DNA of 64,000 nucleotides. Source: Reclinomonas americana ATCC 50394. Its lineage: Eukaryota. Both the position numbers and the translations under genes were made by a program. The notes beneath the pieces were generated by a model. That model made no database searches and was not told the origin of the DNA. It saw only the letters and a list, made by a program, of their open reading frames with translations. The DNA is taken from NCBI GenBank assembly GCA_048213135.1, contig PS015010.1:1674001-1738000 (forward strand), read 5' to 3'. This document shows, piece by piece, positions 1 to 9,540 of the stretch (within the stretch, counting starts at the first letter, position 1; every line of letters begins with the position of its first letter).

Positions 1-902
1 GTTATATCAGGCCTGGATTCCCAGTTTTGGTCAAGCGGCATATAATATTGCGGCCGCGGAATAAAAGACACCCGGTTACCGGCAAACAATTCATTCCAGA
101 TGATGTCCCATCCGGTAAAAGTTGCCGTGAACCAGTTGAGTACATCTTTCGGGTTATTGAAATTGACACCTCCTTCCTTTGCCCAGTTTTCCGGCGTGGC
201 ACAACCGGTATAAAACGACAGGCTGCCATCACCCTTGGCACTAAGAATAAGTGTTTTCCCATCACCCAGGGCGAAAACTTTTCCTCCTTTTACCAGTTCC
301 TGTAAACTGGGCGCATTAATGGCCGCATCATATATAGTGCCTTCAACAACGGTGATCCCGGAATAGATGGGTTTCAAAGGTGTAACAAAAGGACGTATTT
401 TGGAATTGCCGCCATCGGCACCAATAACAAAATCAGCATAAGCGGTATGTTCGTCACTGCAATGTATGATCCATTGCTCATCTTCCTGTTCCAGTGCTAC
501 GATATGACTGTTCCACCTGACGGTACCGGGCTGAAGTGAATCGAGTAATATGTCACGGAGGGGACCGCGGTCTATTTCCGGCCGAAAATATTCATTACCA
601 AAGTCCTCTCCCGGCTTTTCTGCGTGATCATCGAGCAGGATGTCGCCGTGCTTATTTACGACACGCATTTTATCGGCACCCGGCCGGTATACCGCTTTGA
701 AGGCGTCCAGCAACCCCGCCGCCCTGATAGCCGCCAGTCCTGATTCTTCATGAAGATCAAGTGTAGCGCCCTGTACCCTTACATGGCGGCCGGCATCCCT
801 TTCATATACGGTTACATCAGCTCCTTTGATCTGTAAAAGACGGGCAAGTGTTAATCCTCCGGGACCGCCACCAATGATGGCGATCTTTTTTTCTGTTATC
901 AT
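1..902 (-). CDS. TetX-family FAD-dependent monooxygenase (3' end runs off the window)
   Basis: Not in the ORF track. Manual translation from ATG at 902 gives MITEKKIAIIGGGPGGLTLARLLQIKGADVTVYERD...GATLDLHEESG...RPEIDRGPLRDILLDSL...ADFVIGADGGNSKIR. The GxGxxG, TLDLH, PEIxR and ADG motifs match TetX-like flavoprotein monooxygenases, and the frame is open to the edge. Confidence 0.85.
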   Translation of the reverse strand, partial: MITEKKIAIIGGGPGGLTLARLLQIKGADVTVYERDAGRHVRVQGATLDLHEESGLAAIRAAGLLDAFKAVYRPGADKMRVVNKHGDILLDDHAEKPGEDFGNEYFRPEIDRGPLRDILLDSLQPGTVRWNSHIVALEQEDEQWIIHCSDEHTAYADFVIGADGGNSKIRPFVTPLKPIYSGITVVEGTIYDAAINAPSLQELVKGGKVFALGDGKTLILSAKGDGSLSFYTGCATPENWAKEGGVNFNNPKDVLNWFTATFTGWDIIWNELFAGNRVSFIPRPQYYMPLDQNWESRPDI

Positions 903-930
903 GGTCGTATATTTTAATTACGACACAAAA

Positions 931-1680
931 TTATTCAGAGGAAAAAGAAGAGAATTGTATAAATCGGTCGTTTATATTACGGCTGAGTTCCCTGGGCACA
1001 ACACCTGACAATCTTTTTACTTCCCTGATAAAATGCGACTGGTCGGCAAAATCTTCCCTGGGAAAAAGTTTACCTTCTTTAATGTGCCCGAATGATGCCC
1101 GGAAGCGGAGAATACTGCTATAGGTTTTCAGTGGCACCCCAAACTGCTGGTTAAAGTACCGGTTGACCTGGCGGCTGCTCCAGAAGACTTTTTCCGATAA
1201 TTCTTTTACGGATAACGATCCGTTAGCAGCATACAGCAGGCGGAACAATTCCAGTTTGCGGTTGTCGGTATCGTTTGATAAACGTACAGTTATTGCTGAA
1301 GTGATCTTATCGCAGAACTGGTCAAAATGCTGCAGGTCGTTATCTGTGAATCCCCAGAAATTATTAGGCAGGTTTTTGCCGCTATCGGCAAGTGTGGCGA
1401 TATCTTCATGAAGGATATATTCCACCGCGGGTAATTTAAAGCTGGCCGCGAAAATAAGTGCGCCGGGTACAATAGAAGCTTCATCAGCCCTGGTACCTAA
1501 TCCAAGCAGGTTAACATGATAGGGTTGTGCGGATGAGCGGGAGAAAAAGAGGTCTACCCTTCCGTCGGGCAGTATGATCACCTCTTTGGTGCTGCCGGAT
1601 GTGTTGTGCAGCATCCAGAAACTATCAACATAATCGTGAAGCGGGTGACCGGCCGGGATAGTATGAATGACCAGTTCCAT
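931..1680 (-). CDS. AraC-family transcriptional regulator
   Basis: N-terminal LPDGRVDL-type sensor domain. C-terminal HTH (VKELSEK...SRQVNRYFNQQFG...FADQSHFIREVKRLSG). Lies directly upstream of the monooxygenase. Confidence 0.85.
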   Translation of the reverse strand: MELVIHTIPAGHPLHDYVDSFWMLHNTSGSTKEVIILPDGRVDLFFSRSSAQPYHVNLLGLGTRADEASIVPGALIFAASFKLPAVEYILHEDIATLADSGKNLPNNFWGFTDNDLQHFDQFCDKITSAITVRLSNDTDNRKLELFRLLYAANGSLSVKELSEKVFWSSRQVNRYFNQQFGVPLKTYSSILRFRASFGHIKEGKLFPREDFADQSHFIREVKRLSGVVPRELSRNINDRFIQFSSFSSE

Positions 1681-1688
1681 AGAAAGAC

Positions 1689-2078
1689 TTAACGGATGAT
1701 GTCAATTTTAAAGTTCATGACAACCGGTGCAAAATTGGCTGATATTTCCGCGGTGTAGTTGTCGGCAGTAACTTCTTTTATGATCATTTTCAAAACATGC
1801 GTACCATCTCCCATAAGGGAGGGGTCGCCTTTGATCAGTTTCTCCGGTCTCAGTTCGCAGGTACAATCATCTGTCCATTTTACCGAAAAGACAACCTCAA
1901 AACCAATGTCATCATTCTTCTCTGTCTGTTTATCGGTCGTCCGGGTAATATAGGTGGTGCCCGTTTCTTTAGTATACATTTTAAACCGCCCTGTTTGTAC
2001 CTGTCCGCAGGAGGGCCTTTGCGCTGCACTGGTAAATGCAAACAGCATGACCAGGATAATAGTACCTAATAACTTCAT
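1689..2078 (-). CDS. Small secreted hypothetical protein
   Basis: Likely start MKLLGTIILVMLFAFTSAAQ (signal peptide ending SAA|Q). Beta-rich body with GRFKMY and WTDDC. Confidence 0.65.
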   Translation of the reverse strand: MKLLGTIILVMLFAFTSAAQRPSCGQVQTGRFKMYTKETGTTYITRTTDKQTEKNDDIGFEVVFSVKWTDDCTCELRPEKLIKGDPSLMGDGTHVLKMIIKEVTADNYTAEISANFAPVVMNFKIDIIR

Positions 2079-2292
2079 ATACCGTAGTTGATACCTAAAT
2101 ATACAAAAGTTGGGAAAAGACAGGAAAACCAGTCTGCAACTGAAATGCATCGTGAAGCAGGTAGAAATACCTGTTTTTCGTCAGCATAGCGTAAAATATT
2201 TTTTTTGTTTCTATTTTACCAGGAACTGAAGCCTGTGATCAGGCGCTTATCAATGAACCGTTCCTTATTTAAAACACCAAAACCCAACCAAT

Positions 2293-3693
2293 ATGAAAAA
2301 AGTATCCCGTGTTTTCACCGCGATCATGGTTTTGTTTGCGATGGTAGTGGTTGCCTACAATTGCTCCAGCAATGACAAATCAAAAGAAGGTGAAACCAAA
2401 CCAGAACTTGGCGCTGCCGGACAGAACGGCGCCTTTCAAAATTACCGCGACTCTTTTCCGTCGAAACAACAATATGACGGACCTTTGTTTCAACTCAGCC
2501 ATGATTATCCTACTACCGTTACACCTGTAGAAAATCCAAGCTGGCAGCAGGCATTAAAAGGACAGCCCATCTCCGAAGCGAATGTGTTCGCGTACATGGA
2601 TGCGCTGAAGAGTTATGTTGCTCCCGATGTTATGCCTTTCTTCACCGACAACAAAGCCTGGACGTCTGCCAAGTACGGCTGGTTCAACGAACCCTGGCTG
2701 GGATCGCAGCGTGAAGCCATCCTGGGCACTTATCTCGGCAATGGCAATCCCGCCAATATGTTCAAAACGCTGAAGGTGGATGAAGCAGGTTATGCATTGG
2801 TACTATACGATTCAACCGCCGCATACACCGTAGGACAGATCTGGGGCAAGACCGGGCAAAAGGTGAACCTGCTCAACAATGCCACACAGTTTACCGAAGG
2901 CAGTGTGATTGTAAAACTGGCTTTCTCCAACATCAATGCGCCTGAGTGGCCGGTTATGGAAGGTGCACAAACCTTTAGTATTTATGACACCATTGCCACC
3001 GGTGAAAATCCGGCTAAAGGTTACCAGGTACGCAAAGTGAGTTTCTTCCAGATGGATGTGATCGTAAAAGACAGTAAAACGGCGCCTAAAACCGGTTGGG
3101 TATATTCCACTTTTGTATATGACAAGGATGCGAAAGGTTCCTTCTGGGACAAAATGGTGCCGCTGGGTGCCATGTGGGGTAATGACCCCGGCGTAAACAG
3201 TCCCATTACACCTCCTTATCCCAAATTGTATGAAACAGTGATCAATCCCAAAGCGCCTGCCTACAGCACGGAAACCCTGGGTTGGGGCGGCAGGCTGAGC
3301 GGACCGAATGATGGCGCCGTAGCACAGCAGGCGGTTGACCTTAACACAGGAAAGGTATATACTAACCTTGCCTTGTCTTCCTGCATGAGCTGCCACAGCC
3401 CGGCACAGGACGCCTTTACTTCTTTCCTGCTGCCTGGTCCTTTCCCCGACTCTACTTTCTATGTATACACACCCGGCAGTGCCCAGTGGAACCGCTGGTT
3501 CAGGGATGACTATGGCAATGTGCCTTTCGACTCCGGCCAGGTGGCGATGGATTATGATATGGTGATGGCATTTAAATCGGTACCGGCATTTGAGGCTGCG
3601 CAACCATCGGCACAGAACAAATTGCTGAGAAGTAATATTGAAGCTGTGAAGAAATTCAGGAGGCATAATACGAACAGTAAGTTCTGGCATTAA
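2293..3693 (+). CDS. Lipoprotein with a single CxxCH heme-c motif, cytochrome P460-like motifs
   Basis: Lipobox-like AYNC; FTEGSVIVK; MDVIVKDS...GWVYSTF; C-terminal CMSCH; followed by an intrinsic terminator. Confidence 0.7.
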   Translation: MKKVSRVFTAIMVLFAMVVVAYNCSSNDKSKEGETKPELGAAGQNGAFQNYRDSFPSKQQYDGPLFQLSHDYPTTVTPVENPSWQQALKGQPISEANVFAYMDALKSYVAPDVMPFFTDNKAWTSAKYGWFNEPWLGSQREAILGTYLGNGNPANMFKTLKVDEAGYALVLYDSTAAYTVGQIWGKTGQKVNLLNNATQFTEGSVIVKLAFSNINAPEWPVMEGAQTFSIYDTIATGENPAKGYQVRKVSFFQMDVIVKDSKTAPKTGWVYSTFVYDKDAKGSFWDKMVPLGAMWGNDPGVNSPITPPYPKLYETVINPKAPAYSTETLGWGGRLSGPNDGAVAQQAVDLNTGKVYTNLALSSCMSCHSPAQDAFTSFLLPGPFPDSTFYVYTPGSAQWNRWFRDDYGNVPFDSGQVAMDYDMVMAFKSVPAFEAAQPSAQNKLLRSNIEAVKKFRRHNTNSKFWH

Positions 3694-3717
3694 AAAAGAA
3701 CACCTCTTAACAAGTAA

Positions 3718-3751
3718 GGCCTCAGTAATATATTTTATTGAGGCTTTTTTT
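3718..3751 (+). terminator. Rho-independent terminator
   Basis: GCCTCAGTAA...TTATTGAGGC stem followed by a T-run, after the heme lipoprotein. Confidence 0.75.
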
Positions 3752-3852
3752 GCAGCAGCGGCAAAAAAGGTGAAAACACGCTTCCGGTAAGGGTTTTGGG
3801 GCAATATCTTGGGTATTATAAATATTAACCGTTCACCCTTAAATCTATTATT

Positions 3853-4158
3853 ATGTCTGCATCAAGAAACTGGAAAGCAACAGCGATCAGCGGTATTGCC
3901 GGCAATGAAATCATCGTAAATGGAGAGGCCAATGTCGGAATGCTCACCATAGTACCAGAGCTCAGGAAAAAAGTTCCGCAGGGAATCAATCCCCACATCC
4001 TTCTGCTGGACCTTATAGGTGCTTCAGATGCCCATCCTGAACACTTCGTACCTGTTCAGTACAATGAGAGAATTGGTAACCTCAACCAGTACACTTCAGT
4101 TGAAGTATGGCTTGGTGGGCATCGTGAAGCAGAATTCCCTGTCCACATCCCCAGGTAA
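3853..4158 (+). CDS. Hypothetical protein (PQGINPxILLL motif)
   Basis: 101 aa ORF with an AT-rich leader and a terminator right after the stop. Confidence 0.65.
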   Translation: MSASRNWKATAISGIAGNEIIVNGEANVGMLTIVPELRKKVPQGINPHILLLDLIGASDAHPEHFVPVQYNERIGNLNQYTSVEVWLGGHREAEFPVHIPR

Positions 4159-4175
4159 ACACATCGGGCATCGAT

Positions 4176-4212
4176 AAGCAACCTCAACCTTAATATTGAG
4201 GTTGCTTTTTTC
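4176..4212. terminator. Terminator between convergent genes
   Basis: AAGCAACCTCAA...TTGAGGTTGCTT stem plus T-run. Confidence 0.75.
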
Positions 4213-4240
4213 CTGAACTCTTCTTACCAGTACTGGTTTG

Positions 4241-4675
4241 CTAATTATCACAAGGATGGCCGTAATCGAACTGGTCAGTTGTATAATATCCAAACGTCAG
4301 CCTTCCATCATCGTCCTCCTGGATAACCAGCGTATGCAGAAGTCTTGCATTGACTGTAATAAACCGCTGATTCCGGTGCCATACACCTCCGCGGTCTCTG
4401 TAGGTAAACAACAGGGGACTTCCATCCAACCTTGTTATCTGTACATCCCATATTTCGTGGCTGCTGCTTGTTCTTACCCAAAAATGCTGATCACTTCTGA
4501 TCAGGTTATAAGGTAACAAATCGGAACCAAAGGAATTTCCTGAACCATTTACCCTGATTTTTAATGCATAGAACGTTTCATCACTTTGGTTAGCAACCCA
4601 AAAGCAATACTGGGCGCTTACTTTTTTAACAGATAAACCGAGCAACAGGAGCAGGATAAAAAATCTTGTTTTCAT
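4241..4675 (-). CDS. Secreted hypothetical protein
   Basis: Signal peptide MKTRFFILLLLLGLSVKKVSA|Q; beta-rich mature part. Confidence 0.7.
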   Translation of the reverse strand: MKTRFFILLLLLGLSVKKVSAQYCFWVANQSDETFYALKIRVNGSGNSFGSDLLPYNLIRSDQHFWVRTSSSHEIWDVQITRLDGSPLLFTYRDRGGVWHRNQRFITVNARLLHTLVIQEDDDGRLTFGYYTTDQFDYGHPCDN

Positions 4676-5075
4676 AAAAGGCGTATTTAAGGTTTAACAA
4701 TTATGATTGAAAAAGACAAAACCGGTTTATTGATCACAGGGACAGTTTGCCCATAACCGGCTCATAAGAATTGGCGTGTTTATAGAAATACCGGCAAGTA
4801 TGTTTCAGAATTTGCCCCAGAGATTAATCATAAGATACAGGCATTGTGAAGTCGGTTAAAAGTATATATTCCCCCGACAAAAAAGGCCGGGACTCCTGAT
4901 TTCGGGGCTTTTTCCCCTTTCCCGTTATTACGCCGAACCTACCTGTTCTGCATCAGTTTCTGCTGAAACAGATCCTATGGAGTTCCTGCTTTATTGTCCA
5001 ACTTCACGATAAATTAACTCCTCCCGATGAAGAAAAACTGTACCTTTTCAGAGTAAATCATTAAAAACTTTTATT

Positions 5076-5441
5076 ATGTCAGTAAGAACAACACAAGAGG
5101 TGGCGGACCGTTTTAATGAACTGTCCCAGACCGGCCAGTTCGACCAGATACAGGACGAACTGTACGCCGAGAATTGCGTAAGTATTGAACCCGCTCACTC
5201 ACCGGGCATGCAATCCGTGGAAGGCCTTCCCGCCATCAAGCAAAAAGGAAAGGACTTCAACAATATGGTGGAAGAAATGCATGGCGGTTACTCCAAAGAC
5301 CCGCAGGTGGCAGGTTCTCATTTTTCTGTTGCCATGGGCATGGACGTAACCATGAAAGGGCAGCCCCGCATGAATATGGAAGAGATAGCCGTGTATGAAG
5401 TGAAGGATGGAAAAATCGTGAAAGAACAGTTCTTTTATTAA
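5076..5441 (+). CDS. SnoaL-like / NTF2-fold protein
   Basis: LYAENCVSIE...MEEIAVYEVKDGKIVKEQFFY is the typical Bacteroidota SnoaL-like C-terminus. Confidence 0.85.
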   Translation: MSVRTTQEVADRFNELSQTGQFDQIQDELYAENCVSIEPAHSPGMQSVEGLPAIKQKGKDFNNMVEEMHGGYSKDPQVAGSHFSVAMGMDVTMKGQPRMNMEEIAVYEVKDGKIVKEQFFY

Positions 5442-5526
5442 TGAAAGATGGAAACATTAAAAATGAAAGGTGAAGGATTGAACGGTAATTCGTAATTTGT
5501 CATCCCTAATTTTTGATAAACCACTC

Positions 5527-5817
5527 ATGCTTGAATTAAGACCCGCCTGCGAACACTGTGGTAAGGCACTGCCTGCCGACAGTACAGAGGCCATGATCTG
5601 CAGTTTCGAATGCACATTCTGCCACAACTGTGTAACAACGGTGTTGCAGAATGTGTGCCCGAACTGCGGTGGCGGACTGGAAAAAAGGCCGGTGCGGCCG
5701 AAAAACAAGCTCCAAAAATATCCTGCCAAAACGGAACCCTATATAAAACCCGTTGATCCTGCAGTTTTCGACTCCCTGCTGCAGCAAAATAAAAACATCC
5801 CCGCCCATGAACGCTAA
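5527..5817 (+). CDS. DUF1272 family Cys-rich (Zn-binding) protein
   Basis: MLELRPACEHC...ICSFECTFC..C...CPNCGG...RPVRP signature. Start placed at the ATG at 5527. Confidence 0.9.
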   Translation: MLELRPACEHCGKALPADSTEAMICSFECTFCHNCVTTVLQNVCPNCGGGLEKRPVRPKNKLQKYPAKTEPYIKPVDPAVFDSLLQQNKNIPAHER

Positions 5818-5855
5818 CCCCTACACCCTGATCCTAAACAAAACCTTTACAATTC

Positions 5856-6245
5856 ATGAAAAACCTATTCAAACCGCTGGTGGCCCTGGCCATGCTTACC
5901 GGCTCCTTCATTAACGCGGAAGCACAAAAAAATGACTGGAAACAACTTACTGAAGAAGGTGGTGTAACCGTTTCCTGGCGATGGAAACAATTATACAGGA
6001 ATGCCTATGTATCGGAAGTAAGACTTGAAAACAGGAACGACTACCTGGTTGAAGTGACCCTGTTGCCGGCCTTTACCTGCCCCGATGGCATTGAATACAA
6101 ACAGGCGGGCGTAGTGGTAACCGTAGAACCACGGTCTGTGAAAACAGGCGAACGCGACGGGCTGGCTTTCTATCCCTGCCAGGGCGAAAAAATACCCCGT
6201 AAGGTTATGCTTGAAAAATTGAAAGTAACGAGGAAAACTTTTTAA
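5856..6245 (+). CDS. Secreted hypothetical protein
   Basis: Signal peptide ending AEA|Q; two Cys residues. Confidence 0.7.
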   Translation: MKNLFKPLVALAMLTGSFINAEAQKNDWKQLTEEGGVTVSWRWKQLYRNAYVSEVRLENRNDYLVEVTLLPAFTCPDGIEYKQAGVVVTVEPRSVKTGERDGLAFYPCQGEKIPRKVMLEKLKVTRKTF

Positions 6246-6368
6246 CCGCAAAGCAACAAAGGATACGCAAAGGCCGCGAAGTATTACTCCGCGGCCCTTT
6301 TATTTGTACGATTTATTTATCTGCACACTTGTCCCGAAGGATGAGGAATCTGCACATTTTCAAATTGA

Positions 6369-9350
6369 CTATTCCACCTTCAATCCCCAGTCCTTTCCTT
6401 TTTCAGTGGCAGGTAAACCATCTTTGATCCACTTTGCAGGGGGCGCGTCTTTCAGGTAGTAGTCGAAGAACTGTCCCAGGCGAACGGAAAGGTCTTTCCT
6501 GTTCTTGCGTTCCACCAGGTTATGGTCTTCTCCATTGTATTGCAGCATCCAAACTTTTTTGCCGAGCCTGCGCAGGGCAGTAAAGTATTCGATACCCTGG
6601 TACCAGGGAACAGCGCCATCGGCATCATTGTGCATGATGAGTAATGGTGTATTCACCTTATCGGCAGTGAACAAAGGAGAATTCTTAATATACAGGTCCG
6701 GACGCTGCCACAGCGTTGCACCAATACGGCTTTGCGTTTTTTCGTACTGGAACTGGCGGTTGAGGCCTGTACCCCAGCGGATACCACCATAGGCGCTGGT
6801 CATATTGCTCACCGGTGCACCAGCACCCGCCGCCCTGAACATATTGGTACGGGTGATGAGATAAGCGGTTTGATAACCGCCCCAACTCTGCCCCTGCAGC
6901 GCCATACGGGTGCTGTCTACCCAGGGCATTTTAGCGAGGTACTTCGCGGCACTCACCACACTGTTATAAGCACTCTGACCAGGTTCGCCGGTCTTGTAAT
7001 AAATATTGGGATCGAAAATGAGGTACTCGTTACTTACAAAATACGGTACGTTAACGGTTGATGCGCTGGGAGCAGGTGCACGGTAGCCATACAGCCCGTC
7101 GGCATCGCGTTCGTAGAAATAAAAGATAACGGGGTATTTCTTTTTCGGATCAAAGTTCTCGGGTTTGTATAAAAGCCCTTCACTCATCTTGCCGTCAAAC
7201 ATTTTCCATTTTACCAGTTCAACAGTAAGCCAGTTGTAGTCTTTCTGCTGGCTGGCCACATCGGTAAGCTGCGATAATGTTTTAAGATCATCGGTAGAAA
7301 AAAGTTCGCTCTGGCTGATATTCGAACGCTGCACCAGGTAGGCATCCGCATTCTTCGCCTTTACAGGATTACTGAAACTGTAAGGGCCGGAGCTGAGTAC
7401 AGCCGGATCGCTTACTTCATCGATTTTCTTGGTATAAAAACCTCCGTATTTGCTGTCTTTGTTCAGGCTGCGCAGGAGGATGGTTTCGTTGGCCTGTAAA
7501 AATCTTTTCTCGGGGTCGAGGCGCACATAATCGAACATGGTCTTTGTTTTACGGCCAAATCCATTGGTGATATTCTTTGGCGCAGCAGCACCTGCAGGAT
7601 CCACCTGCCAGATGTCGAATTCATCATTCAGCAGGAAATACTGGTCATTCTCCGTCCAGCCTGTAGTGCCGGCCGCGGAAGGATAATCGGGCACATCATT
7701 CTCCGTATCATATAAAGGAACAGTGATCTTTTCGGTGAGATTGCGGGTAACGCCGGTGGCTACTTCATAAGCGAAGTATTGCTTTTGTGCGGGATCGTAC
7801 CAGTATACAAATTTTCCTGATGGTGAAACCTGTGCAAATGCCTCAAGATCTTTCTTCACCAGTTTGCGGCTGCCATCGGTAGTGCTTTCAATATAATAGG
7901 TTTGTTTGCTACGCCCTGTCCACTGCGATTGTACGCGGTTGCCTTTGCTGGAACCGGTGAGTACATAATCGGCATTGCCTTCGTTGACGAGGTATACATT
8001 TTCCGCGTTCTCATCACCCAGGCCGGTTACTTTACCCGAACCGGGAATGGTGACAGCGGTATAGCTGCGCTTGAGTTCGGCATCCAGTTGTTTGAGTTGC
8101 TGTGGCTGCAGGTAGTCGTCGTTGTAATGCCATACATCCACGCGTGCCAGTTCAAAATCCACCAGGGTGGTATCTTTCGGTGGTTTGATGCCTGCCACAC
8201 CGAAGAAAAGTTTTTTCCCGTCTTTGCTGAAATTGAGGTTACCATTTTCGCTTACGGTATAGCCCAGTTTCATACCTGCGGTATTTTTTTCAGCAGCCAG
8301 CCGGGCGGTGTCCTGCCCGTTGGTATAGTACCAGAGTTTATAAAACTTCTGCAGGGCTTTGGCGCTGCTGTCGCGTTCGGCCAGGAAGGCCAGCTGGGTA
8401 CCGTCCTCGCTGAATACAAAGTTTTTGCCATCGTTGAAACCTTTCATCACGGTATCTATCTTTTCCGCCTGCAGGTTATACAACAGCACGTATGCCTTAC
8501 TGTTAGAGTCTTTTGAATTTTTACTGGTCTCGATAAGCAGGCGGGTGCCTTTTTTGTCAAACATATAATCGCTTACCAGCTTGAAGGTCCTTTCCTTATT
8601 ATCGCTCATCCGGCGCACTACCAGGTCGGTACCATCACTGCCACCACCGCCTGCGGGGTCATCCCCTTCCGCGTCGGCGGGTATTACCGGCATGGCGAGT
8701 TCATCCTCCGCTTTTTTCAAGATCTCTTTGGCTGCTTTCTGCGCCGCAGTGATCACCTCTTCCCTGCTTACTTTTCCTTTTACTGAGTCGATGGATTTGC
8801 GTATCACCGAATCGGCGATCTTCACCAGCTGGTCGAGTTTGATCTTCGCGGAATCCGGTGCCGGAGCTTTCTTTTTGGTCGTGTCCGGCAATGGCTTCTC
8901 CATCTGGTAAGCCACCCAGCCACCTGCTTTCTGCGGAGCCCTGAATCCTTTCACACGGGGTATGCGGACGATATTATCGGTTCCCAGTTCAACGATCACC
9001 AGGGTGTCTTTGGGCATGTCATCAGGTTTTTTCTTTTTGATGCGGGCCTGGCGGGTATCCTGGTAAGCGGGTTTTATTTTGAATACCGCGTAACGGCTGT
9101 CGTCGGTGATCACAGCGCCATATCCCCTGGCGATGGTCTTTTTATAAACAGCGGCTTTGTTCTGTACCACCAGTTCACCGTCGCCCTCCTGGGCATTGAC
9201 CGTATATACGATGTACTGGCCATCGTTACTGATAAGGCGTTCGCCAACGCTTTTCCAGTTATCATATACATCATGAGTAAGGGGCTTCTTTTTCTGGGCC
9301 ATGGTGGTGAAGGCCGCCAGTAAAAGGCAGGGAATGAGCAGTTGCTTCAT
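6369..9350 (-). CDS. S9-family (dipeptidyl/acylaminoacyl) peptidase with beta-propeller
   Basis: Signal peptide; GQSWGG nucleophile elbow; DGAV Asp; GEDH His. Confidence 0.92.
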   Translation of the reverse strand: MKQLLIPCLLLAAFTTMAQKKKPLTHDVYDNWKSVGERLISNDGQYIVYTVNAQEGDGELVVQNKAAVYKKTIARGYGAVITDDSRYAVFKIKPAYQDTRQARIKKKKPDDMPKDTLVIVELGTDNIVRIPRVKGFRAPQKAGGWVAYQMEKPLPDTTKKKAPAPDSAKIKLDQLVKIADSVIRKSIDSVKGKVSREEVITAAQKAAKEILKKAEDELAMPVIPADAEGDDPAGGGGSDGTDLVVRRMSDNKERTFKLVSDYMFDKKGTRLLIETSKNSKDSNSKAYVLLYNLQAEKIDTVMKGFNDGKNFVFSEDGTQLAFLAERDSSAKALQKFYKLWYYTNGQDTARLAAEKNTAGMKLGYTVSENGNLNFSKDGKKLFFGVAGIKPPKDTTLVDFELARVDVWHYNDDYLQPQQLKQLDAELKRSYTAVTIPGSGKVTGLGDENAENVYLVNEGNADYVLTGSSKGNRVQSQWTGRSKQTYYIESTTDGSRKLVKKDLEAFAQVSPSGKFVYWYDPAQKQYFAYEVATGVTRNLTEKITVPLYDTENDVPDYPSAAGTTGWTENDQYFLLNDEFDIWQVDPAGAAAPKNITNGFGRKTKTMFDYVRLDPEKRFLQANETILLRSLNKDSKYGGFYTKKIDEVSDPAVLSSGPYSFSNPVKAKNADAYLVQRSNISQSELFSTDDLKTLSQLTDVASQQKDYNWLTVELVKWKMFDGKMSEGLLYKPENFDPKKKYPVIFYFYERDADGLYGYRAPAPSASTVNVPYFVSNEYLIFDPNIYYKTGEPGQSAYNSVVSAAKYLAKMPWVDSTRMALQGQSWGGYQTAYLITRTNMFRAAGAGAPVSNMTSAYGGIRWGTGLNRQFQYEKTQSRIGATLWQRPDLYIKNSPLFTADKVNTPLLIMHNDADGAVPWYQGIEYFTALRRLGKKVWMLQYNGEDHNLVERKNRKDLSVRLGQFFDYYLKDAPPAKWIKDGLPATEKGKDWGLKVE

Positions 9351-9414
9351 ATTGAAAGTTTAGGAGGCTTAAAGTTATTGGAATAGCGGGAGAATGTAAA
9401 GCCGTTCGTAAAGA

Positions 9415-9533
9415 AGTATTGAGTAGCTAGTACTGAGTCGCAAGTATTGAGTATAAAGAAGGCCACGGGGTTTTCTTCAGTAAAAGGTAAACTATGGAAG
9501 TAAGAAAGGCCCTTGTACTTGCTACTCAATACT
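9415..9533. repeat. Inverted pair of 7-mer tracts (AGTATTG family)
   Basis: AGTATTGAGTAGCTAGTAC (9415-9433) pairs with GTACTTGCTACTCAATACT (9515-9533), 18 of 19 complementary. Confidence 0.75.
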
Positions 9534-9540
9534 CCCTACT

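Noticed and set aside
4676-5075. 400-bp intergenic region with small hairpins as a riboswitch or ncRNA
   Set aside because: I recognised no riboswitch consensus; it is compatible with two divergent promoters.
9347-9529. Short ORFs lying over heptamer tracts (also 32687-32914, 39178-39396, 46689-46979, 60903-61085)
   Set aside because: They are low-complexity translations of the repeats (NYELSITNYE-type) or overlap real genes, with no coding evidence.
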